From Actinomycetota bacterium (lineage in GTDB: Bacteria; Actinomycetota; Acidimicrobiia; Acidimicrobiales; CADCSY01): 64,000 nucleotides of DNA. Position numbers and translations under genes: made by a program. The notes beneath the pieces were generated by a model, which did no database searches, was not told where the DNA came from, and was given only the letters and a program-made list of their open reading frames with translations. Location: assembly GCA_019347915.1 (NCBI GenBank), contig JAHWKL010000002.1:2425-66424 (forward strand). The letters run 5' to 3'. Position 1 is the first letter of the stretch. Each line of letters starts with the position of its first letter. Of the stretch, positions 46,179 through 54,059 are shown one piece after another.

Positions 46179-46696
46179 TGCCCTCCCCTCTCGATCGCCG
46201 AGTGGCCACTCCGACGCGCGCGTCTCCACGAGCAACGCAGATGTGGGCTTCGCACGGAGGGTAAGAAGCGGCTTGTCCCGCCGCCCAGGGGCAGTTGTCC
46301 CTTTCTGCCCGGGACATTTCGGCTACCGGACGTCGCGGTGGGGTCTCGACCCGGGGTTCAGGGATGCAGCTCCGGTCGAGGTTGCGGCGCCGAGGTCTCG
46401 ACCGTGAGCACAGCCTTCTTCCCATCTGGGCGAAGGCGGGACTTCAACGCTCCAGCTCGACTCCAAGCCGAGATGCAGGTGCCTTGACCACTACATGAAC
46501 GCTGTGGCATGTGGCGAGGCGTGGGTGCAGGAGCCAGCTCGACACGTGGCTCGCCGCCTGCCAGCTCGTGCCAGCGACCACAAGCGGTGGATCCCTGTCG
46601 GAATGCAGCCATGCGGTCGCTCCGAACGGTCCGCCAAGTAGGTTGAGAGTCGCCCTCAGGCTGATGCTGCCCGCAAGGATGAGGAGAAGTATCGTC

Positions 46697-46936
46697 ATGG
46701 GACTCCTGGACAAGTTCAAAGGTCGCAGTGGCGACATCAAGAAGAAGGCCGCCGACGTGGCCGACCAGCACGGCGACAAGATCGACCAGGGACTGTCAAA
46801 GGCCCGTGGTGCCGCCAGCAAGGCCACCGACGGTAAGCACGACGACAAGATCGCCACCGTGGAGCAGAAGGCTCGCGAGGGCGTCCAAAGACTCGGTGAC
46901 GACAAGCCGGGCGGAGGCACATCGCCGCGTCGGTAG
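46697..46936 (+). CDS. Small MT0933/Rv0909-like (antitoxin-family) protein
   Basis: 79-aa internal ATG start at 46697, with AGGATGAGGAGAAG upstream. MGLLDKFKGRSGDIKKKAADVADQHGDKIDQGLSKARGAASKATDGKHDDKIATVEQKAREGV matches my memory of the GDKIDxGLDKA...GGKxxDKIDxxxxKA pattern of that family. No partner toxin gene is adjacent. Confidence 0.55.
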   Translation: MGLLDKFKGRSGDIKKKAADVADQHGDKIDQGLSKARGAASKATDGKHDDKIATVEQKAREGVQRLGDDKPGGGTSPRR

Positions 46937-46975
46937 CGCCGTCGTAGGCGGCACAACGGCGCTGTCGGTGGAGGC

Positions 46976-47270
46976 TCACTCTCCCGACTGGACGACGCTG
47001 CACCGATCGAGGGCCGCGTCGGGCTGACGGCATAGGCCCAGGGCGACAGCGACCTCGGGTGACGCGGAGGACACCAGCCCGACCATCATCGCTTCGCCGT
47101 GCGGCGCTTGTTCATCGACAGGCGACGACCAAGGCGCCACGCCGGTCCGGGTCACACCGCTCCCTTGCCCACCAGGCCACGGTCGGCCATGCGGGCGATG
47201 TGGTGTGACAGGCGGCTCTTCTCCCACCCGAGGACGTTCCCCCGCCGGCCCGGGCGGGCACGCTCATCTC
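46976..47270 (-). pseudogene. MarR-family regulator remnant (N-terminally truncated, at least 2 frameshifts)
   Basis: The minus strand read in three different frames gives NVLGWEKSRLSHHIARMADRGLV / ERCDPDRRGALVV / SPVDEQAPHGEAMMVGLVSSASPEVAVALG. Together these reconstruct the recognition helix, wing (DxRRG) and C-terminal helix of a MarR wHTH. A stop lies upstream, and the start of the VOC gene occupies the place of the N-terminus. Confidence 0.5.
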
Positions 47271-47271
47271 G

Positions 47272-47802
47272 ATGAAAGGACCTGCTGTGGCCTTCTCACC
47301 CGTCCGTCTCAACCACGCGGTGCTGTTCGTCGCCGATCTCGAGCGTTCGGTGCGCTTCTACACCGACGTGTTCGGCATGGACGTCGTCGCCCGCGAGCCT
47401 CGGGCCAACGCCGCCTTCCTGCGGCTGCCCCGCTCGGGCAACCACCATGACCTCGGCCTCTTCGGCGTCGGCACCGGCGGCGGGCCGAAGCGCCGCGGCG
47501 CCATCGGCCTGTACCACCTGGCCTGGCAGCTCGACACCATCGATGAGCTGGTCGCCGCCCGCCAGGCCCTCCTCGACGCCGGCGCCTACACCGGCGAGTC
47601 GAGCCACGGCGCGACGAAGAGCGTCTATGGCGCCGATCCCGACGGCAACGAGTTCGAGGTCATGTGGATGCTCCCCCGCGAGGAGTGGGGCCCGTACGAG
47701 AACGCCGCCCCCATCGACCACCTCGACCTCGCCGCCGAGGTGGCGCGGTGGTCGGGCGTCCGCACCGCCGGGCGCACCGGCCCGGGGGCCGATCGCTGGT
47801 GA
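47272..47802 (+). CDS. VOC-family (glyoxalase / extradiol dioxygenase-like) protein
   Basis: 176 aa. VRLNHAVLFVADLERSVRFYTDVFGMDVV...HHDLGLF...LYHLAWQLDTIDELVAARQALLDAG...GATKSVYGADPDGNEFEV is the classic paired beta-alpha-beta-beta-beta module. Confidence 0.85.
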   Translation: MKGPAVAFSPVRLNHAVLFVADLERSVRFYTDVFGMDVVAREPRANAAFLRLPRSGNHHDLGLFGVGTGGGPKRRGAIGLYHLAWQLDTIDELVAARQALLDAGAYTGESSHGATKSVYGADPDGNEFEVMWMLPREEWGPYENAAPIDHLDLAAEVARWSGVRTAGRTGPGADRW

Positions 47803-48041
47803 TCGCGGCACCAATGACAAGTAGCGACCAAAACGTCTCCGGACCACAGTGGCGCCCGGTCGCCCGACGGGCTACGGAGTCGGTCGACGGGGTTCACCGT
47901 CGGCGTGACGTGCGGCCTGTTCGCCCAGAGGAGCACGGTGGACTCACGACGGCTCCCCTCGCTGCGTGGCTCCCCAGCTGCAGGTGGGTGCTCCACCGTG
48001 CGCAAGAGCGGGCAGGGCCCCGGGCTACCCTGTCGTCGGAA

Positions 48042-48410
48042 ATGTCTCAACGCCATGCGGGTCTCGTGCTGCTCTTGGTGGTGGCGTTGGCGGCGTTCGG
48101 GCTGTCGGTGGCGGTTGATGCGACCGGTGATCGCGGCTCTGCAGACGATAGGGCTGGTGCGGCGTTCGCCCAGCGTGCACCAGGCGTCGATCCCTCGGCT
48201 GCTCGGCTCAGGGTCGAGGAGCGACCGGGCGCGGCGTCACAGCGCCTGCTGAAGGAGCGGCCGATACTGCTCGCGCTTGTCGCCGCGCTTCTGGTCCTCC
48301 CGGTGCGTGGTCGTCGCCGAGCGGTCGACGTCGCCCAGGCCTGGGGGGTCAGCGTGTCGTGGTGGCTGCCGCCCCTGGGCCGCGCCCCGCCTGCGCTCTT
48401 CCACTCCTGA
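48042..48410 (+). CDS. Hypothetical small membrane protein (two hydrophobic helices)
   Basis: Internal ATG of the 47664..48410 ORF. Hydrophobic helices GLVLLLVVALAAFGLSVAV and ILLALVAALLVLPV. Weak RBS and no recognisable family. Confidence 0.3.
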   Translation: MSQRHAGLVLLLVVALAAFGLSVAVDATGDRGSADDRAGAAFAQRAPGVDPSAARLRVEERPGAASQRLLKERPILLALVAALLVLPVRGRRRAVDVAQAWGVSVSWWLPPLGRAPPALFHS

Positions 48411-48680
48411 TCCCCTGATCGAGCCGGCCGCGCGTGCCGGCAGAGCTGGAAGGAACCCACATGACGAGTGCGCCTCGTCGGCGCGCCGCCGCCGCGGTCA
48501 CCGCCGCGAGGCTGAAGCCATTGGGCGAGCGGCTGCCCAAGGTTCGCCCTTCAGGCGTAGTGAGCGGCAAGTGAACCACCCAACGCCGACCCAGAGCCTC
48601 GTTCCAAGAGTTCACCCGAAATCCGCACCTGCGGCAGGCCGTTCTCACGGCACCCGTCCAGACCCTGAAGGAGCGAACCC

Positions 48681-49118
48681 ATGACCCCATCGGTTGTGTC
48701 CCGTCCCCGGCCCCAGCCGCTTCCGCAAGCCAAGCGACGGGATGAGCTGCTCTACATCGCACTCGCTTTGGCGGCTCTCAGCCTGGTCGCTCTTGTCGCG
48801 CCGGCGCTCGAGCTCCCGCCCGTGGTCCCCGAGCTGACCGTGGACAACCCCCACCAATGGAACGTCAGCGTGACCGTCACCGATGCCGACCGCGAGGCGT
48901 CGTTGGCGGTGGGGTCGTTGGGGCGAGAGACGACGCAGACGTTTCTGAGAACCACCGACCAGGGCGAGCGTTGGATCTTCAGTTTCCGCTACGGCGGCAT
49001 CGATGGCGGGGAACTGGTGTTGAGCCGAACCGAGCTCGAGGAGGCGGGCTGGCGGATCGAGGTGCCAGACGAGTTCGCCGCTCGGATGCGCACAGCAGGC
49101 GTCTCCCCATCAGCGTGA
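48681..49118 (+). CDS. Hypothetical membrane-anchored protein
   Basis: 145 aa. GAAGGAG lies 7 nt upstream of the ATG. One TM helix (LLYIALALAALSLVALVAPAL) followed by a ~90-aa beta-rich ectodomain. Confidence 0.6.
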   Translation: MTPSVVSRPRPQPLPQAKRRDELLYIALALAALSLVALVAPALELPPVVPELTVDNPHQWNVSVTVTDADREASLAVGSLGRETTQTFLRTTDQGERWIFSFRYGGIDGGELVLSRTELEEAGWRIEVPDEFAARMRTAGVSPSA

Positions 49119-49327
49119 CGCTGTCCCTGCCGACGCCAGCCATCTGCAGGCCCCTTCACGGTCTCCTCCGACCAGCCTGCGGGGGGCAGTGCGCTCGGGC
49201 ATCTCCTCCTCCAGTGAGCTGGTGCACACGGGAGAGGCGGGGCAGCAGCTCCAGTCATTTCCTGGTGTCGAACGTCGACGACCCCACTGAACATCACCGC
49301 GCGCCGCGTGGACGAGCGCCCCGGAAC

Positions 49328-49357
49328 GTAGCGGGATCCCGTCCGAGATCCCGCTAC
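49328..49357. terminator. Perfect 11-bp inverted repeat hairpin (gtagcgggatc-ccgtccga-gatcccgctac)
   Basis: Read directly from the sequence. It sits in the 410-bp gap between 48681..49118 and the antiporter gene. On the minus strand it begins inside the stop codon of an unlisted 49-codon ORF (49354..49503). There is no U-tract. Confidence 0.3.
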
Positions 49358-49527
49358 CCGGCGGCGCCGAGGCCGCGGTGGTGGCGGTTGCACGCGACGA
49401 CACACCACAGCTCCTGGAGGACGACCGGCATCGTCCGTGCGAACCGGGTGACCGGCTCGTCGTCGCGGCGCGCCGCGACCGCCTGGACGCGGTCGTCCAA
49501 CACCTTGCCGGCTGAAGCCGGCCAACC

Positions 49528-51001
49528 GTGAGCATCGACGGCTGGCTGCTGATCGCGGCAGTGCTCCTGCTGCTCGGCGTGGTCGCCAGCAAGGCCTCCA
49601 GCCGGCTCGGCGTCCCGGCGCTGCTGCTCTTCCTCGGCCTCGGAATGCTCGCTGGTTCGGACGGGTCCGGCGGCATCGCCCTCGACGACTTCGAGCTCGT
49701 CCAGTCGCTCGGCGTTGTTGCCCTCGCCTTCATCCTCTTCGGCGGCGGGCTGGATACCACGTGGGACGACGTCCGCCCGGTCGTTTGGCAGGCCGTCGGG
49801 CTCGCCACCTTCGGCGTCGCAGCCACCGCAGTGACGGTTGGTCTGTTCGCCACCGTCGTCTTCGACCTGTCACTGACCGGCGGGATCCTGCTGGGCGCAA
49901 TCATCTCATCCACCGACGCCGCGGCCGTCTTCTCGGTCCTGCGTTCCCGCGGCGTCGGTCTACGCGGCCGGCTCCGCCCGCTCCTCGAGCTCGAGTCCGG
50001 CAGCAACGACCCGATGGCGGTCTTCCTGACCATCGCCATGATCGAGCTACTCACCGACCCCGAGGTCGCGATCGTCGACCTGCTGCCCATGTTCGTCCAG
50101 CAGATGACCGTCGGCGCTGTCATCGGTTACGCACTCGCGCGCGCCGCCGTGTTCGCCATCAACCGGCTCCGCCTGGAGTACGAGGGCTTGTACCCGGTAC
50201 TCGGCGTCGCGGTGGTGCTTCTGGTCTACGGCGTGACCGCCGAGCTGGGCGGCAGCGGCTTCCTCGCCGTGTACGTCGCCGGTCTCACGATGTCGACCAA
50301 GCAGTTCCTCCACAAGCGGAGCCTGCTCCGGTTCCACGACGCGGTGGCCTGGCTGATGCAGATCGTGATGTTCCTCGCCCTCGGCCTACTCGTGTTCCCA
50401 TCCGACCTTCCGGCGGTAGCAGGCCGAGCCCTGCTGATGTCCGCCGTACTGATCTTGCTGGCGAGGCCGCTGGCGGTGCTCCTGACCTTGACGCCACTGC
50501 GGTTTCCCTTCCGCGACACGCTCCTCGTGTCCTGGGTCGGTCTGCGCGGCGCAGCGCCGATCATCCTGGCGACGTTCCCGCTCGTGGAGGGTCTGCCGCA
50601 GAGCGAAGTGGTGTTCAACACGGTCTTCTTCATCACGATCACCTCGGTTCTCGTCCAGGGCACGACGATCCCGATCGCCGCCCGGGTGCTCGGCGTGACG
50701 GCGCCGGCGCCACCGTCGACCGCGCACCTGGCCGAGCTGATCCCCGAAGGGGCGATCACCAAGGACCTCGTTGAGATGACGCTGCCGGGAACGGCTCGAG
50801 CCGCGGGACGGCAGATCGTCGACCTGGGACTCCCCCAGGGCGTGCTCATCGTCCTGCTGAGCCGTGACGACGACGCCATCGTCCCGCCAGGGGGGCACGG
50901 TGCTCGAGCCGGGCGACCAGCTCCTGGTCCTCGTCGACACCGACTCCGCAGACGACGTCCGCGGAGTCCTGGGGGCGGAGCCGGGGGCAGAAGGCTCATG
51001 A
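49528..51001 (+). CDS. nhaP2: CPA1-family K+/H+ antiporter (NhaP2/CvrA type) with C-terminal RCK_C domain; +1 frameshift at a G6 run near 50890
   Basis: GTG start. ~12 TM segments (GVPALLLFLGLGMLAGSDGSGGI..., LESGSNDPMAVFL...). After AIVPP the listed frame turns into an R/P-rich tail ending at 51048. The +1 frame reads GTVLEPGDQLLVLVDTDSADDVRGVLGAEPGAEGS* (stop 50999..51001), which is the expected RCK_C ending. Confidence 0.85.
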
Positions 51002-51122
51002 CCACCAGTGCCGGCTGGCGGTGTGCGCCAGTACAGCCACGCCAGTGAGCGACCCGCAGGGCCTCCGGGAACCTCGGGTGTGAGCAAGGGCCTTTATCGG
51101 GAACGTGGCCGCACCGGCCCGC

Positions 51123-51143
51123 AGGGCGCCGGCCCCGGGCGCC
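51123..51143. terminator. GC-rich hairpin between convergent genes (gggcgcc-ggccccg-ggcgccc)
   Basis: 7-bp stem and 7-nt loop, read directly from the sequence. It lies between the antiporter 3' end and the permease 3' end. Confidence 0.25.
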
Positions 51144-51182
51144 CCGTCAACTGCGCTCGGCCGGGCGCCGCTGACGCTCAGC

Positions 51183-52070
51183 TCAGCCCTTCACCGCTCC
51201 CATGGTGAAGCCGGTGATGAACCGCTCGAGGAAGAGGTTGAACACCAAGGCGATGGGGACCGCCACCATCACCGTGGCCGCCTGGAGGGACTGCCAGAAG
51301 AAGACGTCACCCCGCACCAGCTCGGTGGGGACGCCGATGCTGATCGTCTTCTCGCTGGTGCGGGCCACGAAGGCCAGGGCGTAGATGAACTCGCTGGCCG
51401 ACAGGGTGAAGGCGAACACGACGACGGCCACGATCCCGGGGAAGGCCAGCGGCACGAGAATGCGGGCGAAGGCGCCGAAGCGGCTGTAGCCGTCGATGGT
51501 GGCCTGCTCCTCGATCTCGCGCGGGATCGTCTTGAAGAACCCCATCAGCAGCCACACCGACACCGGGACGGTGATGGTGGGATAGAGCACCACCAGCGCC
51601 CACACCGAGTCCTGCAAGCGCAGCGTGGCCACCACTCGCGACAGCGAGATGAAGAGCAGGGACGGCGGGATGAGGTACACGAAGAAGATGGCGATGCCCA
51701 TGGCCCCGCCCCACGGCATGTCGAGGCGGGCCAGGCTGTAGGCGGCGGGCAGGCTGAGGGCGAGGGTGATGGCCACCACCAGGACCCCGACGAGCAGGGT
51801 GTTGCGGGCGAAGGTCGGGAAGGCGGTGCCGGACAGCAGCAGGTCGACGTGCTCGAGGGTCGGGTCCAGGTTGAACACGAACGGGTTGTTGGCCCGGTTG
51901 TAGAGATCCTGGTTGCGCTTGAAGGCGGTGATCGTCGCCCACACGAAGGGAAAGGCGGCCATCCCGGTGAAGGCCAGGACCAAGCCGTAGAGGGCCACCC
52001 GGGCGCCGGTGCGGCGTCGGCGGGCGGCGCGGCGGGCGACCTCGACCTCGGTGGTGTCGGACAGGTCCAC
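51183..52070 (-). CDS. Carbohydrate ABC transporter permease (MalG-like)
   Basis: 295 aa with 6 TM helices. EAA-type loop IDGYSRFGAFARILVPLAFPGIVAV. Abuts the upstream permease stop. Confidence 0.9.
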   Translation of the reverse strand: MDLSDTTEVEVARRAARRRRTGARVALYGLVLAFTGMAAFPFVWATITAFKRNQDLYNRANNPFVFNLDPTLEHVDLLLSGTAFPTFARNTLLVGVLVVAITLALSLPAAYSLARLDMPWGGAMGIAIFFVYLIPPSLLFISLSRVVATLRLQDSVWALVVLYPTITVPVSVWLLMGFFKTIPREIEEQATIDGYSRFGAFARILVPLAFPGIVAVVVFAFTLSASEFIYALAFVARTSEKTISIGVPTELVRGDVFFWQSLQAATVMVAVPIALVFNLFLERFITGFTMGAVKG

Positions 52071-53009
52071 TCACATCACCTCCATGCGCTTGGCCGAGCG
52101 GAGGATGAGCACGGCGAACACCAGCAGCACGGGGAAGAGGAACAGGGCGATGGCCGCCCCCTGGGCCAGGTCCCCACCCTGGATGCCACGGAAGAACGCC
52201 CAGCTCGACAGCACCTGGGTGGCGTCCACCGGGCCACCGCGGGTCAGCACGAACACCACCGCCATGTCGGTGAAGACCACGATGGCCCCGAAGAGGGTGG
52301 CCACGGCGATGACCGGGAGCGTCATGGGAATGGTGATCTCGAACAGCGTCCGCCAGAAACCGGCGCCGTCGACCTTGGCGGCGTCGTTGATGTCGCTGGG
52401 GATGGCGCTCAGCCCGGCCATGATGATCACGGCGGCAAGGGGCACGATCCGCCACGTCTGCACGGCGATCACCGAGGTCATGGCCAGCCCCTCGTTCCCC
52501 AGCCAGTACAGGTTCCCTTCCAGGAGCCCCAGCTGCCGGAGCACCCAGTCGATGGGGCTGAACAACGAGTCGAGCAGCCAGACCCAGGCGATGGTGGCGA
52601 GCGAGGTGGGGGTGGTCCAGGGCAGCAGGACCAGCAGGCGCACGACCCACTTGCCCCGGAAGTCCTGCACCAGCACCAGGGCCAGGACCTTGGCCAGGAC
52701 CACCACCAGGGCCATGGCCACCACGGTGATCAGCACGGTGTTGAGCAGCGCCCGCCGGAAGGTGGGGTCGCCCACGACGGTGGCGAAGTTGCGCAGCCCC
52801 ACGAAGTCGAAGCTGGGATCGCCCACGGTGACGTCGCTCAGGCTGTAGGCGATGGCCAGGAAGAACGGGACGGCCACCAGCGCCACGATGTAGACGACCG
52901 CCGGCAGCAGCATGACCCGGGCGAGGAAGCCCTTCCGGTCGAGCAGGTAGCGGCCGCCCGGCTCGGCGGTGCCGGCGGTGCCGGCTGCTGTTGCCGGCGG
53001 CGTGCTCAC
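52071..53009 (-). CDS. Carbohydrate ABC transporter permease (MalF/UgpA-like)
   Basis: 312 aa. The binding-protein-dependent transport inner-membrane signature is AAKVDGAGFWRTLFEITIPMTLPVIAV. Its GTG start overlaps the ATPase stop (GTGA). Confidence 0.9.
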   Translation of the reverse strand: MSTPPATAAGTAGTAEPGGRYLLDRKGFLARVMLLPAVVYIVALVAVPFFLAIAYSLSDVTVGDPSFDFVGLRNFATVVGDPTFRRALLNTVLITVVAMALVVVLAKVLALVLVQDFRGKWVVRLLVLLPWTTPTSLATIAWVWLLDSLFSPIDWVLRQLGLLEGNLYWLGNEGLAMTSVIAVQTWRIVPLAAVIIMAGLSAIPSDINDAAKVDGAGFWRTLFEITIPMTLPVIAVATLFGAIVVFTDMAVVFVLTRGGPVDATQVLSSWAFFRGIQGGDLAQGAAIALFLFPVLLVFAVLILRSAKRMEVM

Positions 53010-54040
53010 AGCCGCTGGCGCTCGGTGCGCAGGCCGGAGCCGACGTCGAAGAAGCGCAGGTCGCCGGCGGCCACCACGAACTCGTGGGACCGCTCCACCG
53101 GGACGTCCACCGAGACGGTCGCCGGCAGCATGGCGATCACCCGGGTCTCCTCGCCCAGGCCCTCCACGGTGCCGATCACGTGGCGCTCCGAGCCCAGGTA
53201 CTCCACCCGGTGCACGTGGAAGCTCACCGTCAACGCCTCGGCGCCGGCGTCGGCCACCCCCTTGGGCAGGAAGCTCTCGGGCCGGAAGCCCACGACCACG
53301 TCGTCCCGGCGCACCAGGTTCATCGGCGGCGAGCCGAGGAAGGTGGCGACGAAGGTGTCGGCCGGGTGGCGGTACACGTCGCCCGGAGTGCCGACCTGGC
53401 GCACCCGGCCCTTGTCCATCACCACGATGCGGTCGCCCATGCCCATGGCCTCCACCTGGTCGTGGGTCACGTAGACGGTCGTGGTGCCCACCCGGCGCTG
53501 GAAGAGCTTGAGGTCGTCACGGGCCGTCGCCCGCAGCTTGGCGTCGAGGTTGGACAGCGGCTCGTCCAGCAGGAACACGCTCGGCTCCCGGACGAGGGCT
53601 CGGGCCAGGGCGGCTCGCTGGCGCTCGCCGCCGGAGAGGTGGCGGGGCTTGCGGTCGAGCAGGTGGCCGATGCCCAAGAGGTCGGCGGCCCACTGGGCCT
53701 GGCGCCGGCGCTCGTCCGGCGCCATACCGGCCGCCTTGAGCGGGAAGACGATGTTCTGCAGCACGGTCTTGTGCGGATAGAGGGCGTAGCTCTGGAACAC
53801 CATGGCGATCCTGCGGGCACGGGGCGGCAGTCCCGCCATGGAGTTGCCGCCGATCAGGACGTCGCCGGCGGTGGGCTCCTCCAGCCCGGCGATCATCCGC
53901 AGCAGTGTCGTCTTGCCACACCCGGACGGGCCCAGCAGGACAAGGAACTCGCCATCGGTGGTGGCCAGGTCGACGGCCTCGACGGCGTGGACGTCGCCGT
54001 CGAAGTGCTTGGTGAGGGCCCGGACCTCGACGATGGCCAC
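53006..54040 (-). CDS. ABC transporter ATP-binding protein (MalK/UgpC/MsiK-like)
   Basis: 344 aa. Walker A GPSGCGKTT, Q-loop, signature LSGGERQR, Walker B FLLDEPLSNLD, and a C-terminal TOBE-like regulatory domain. Confidence 0.95.
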   Translation of the reverse strand: MAIVEVRALTKHFDGDVHAVEAVDLATTDGEFLVLLGPSGCGKTTLLRMIAGLEEPTAGDVLIGGNSMAGLPPRARRIAMVFQSYALYPHKTVLQNIVFPLKAAGMAPDERRRQAQWAADLLGIGHLLDRKPRHLSGGERQRAALARALVREPSVFLLDEPLSNLDAKLRATARDDLKLFQRRVGTTTVYVTHDQVEAMGMGDRIVVMDKGRVRQVGTPGDVYRHPADTFVATFLGSPPMNLVRRDDVVVGFRPESFLPKGVADAGAEALTVSFHVHRVEYLGSERHVIGTVEGLGEETRVIAMLPATVSVDVPVERSHEFVVAAGDLRFFDVGSGLRTERQRL

Positions 54041-54059
54041 GTCGCCGGCGCCCGGTCGG

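Noticed and set aside
46236-46500. Riboswitch (for example c-di-GMP class) in the 5' leader of the giant adhesin-like gene.
   Set aside because: I compared the minus-strand leader by eye with the GEMM-I consensus as I remember it and found no match, only generic GC hairpins. A covariance-model search is needed before any claim.
47885-47902. tRNA-like T-arm hairpin cgacgg-ggttca-ccgtcg.
   Set aside because: The loop is 6 nt rather than 7. There is no complementary acceptor stem ~65 nt upstream, and no D or anticodon arms could be drawn.
47664-48041. N-terminal 126 codons of the 248-aa ORF 47664..48410.
   Set aside because: This part overlaps the 3' end of the well-supported VOC gene in another frame and is R/P/G-rich. 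Only the part from ATG 48042 has membrane-protein character.
49110-53474. ORFs antisense to the antiporter and ABC genes: 49110..50123 (-), 50226..51005 (-), 49761..50774 (+), 51105..53474 (+, 789 aa), 51307..52650 (-).
   Set aside because: These are the same shadow-ORF phenomenon, with H/G/E/D/R- or R/P-rich products. The opposite or alternative frame carries clear transporter motifs.
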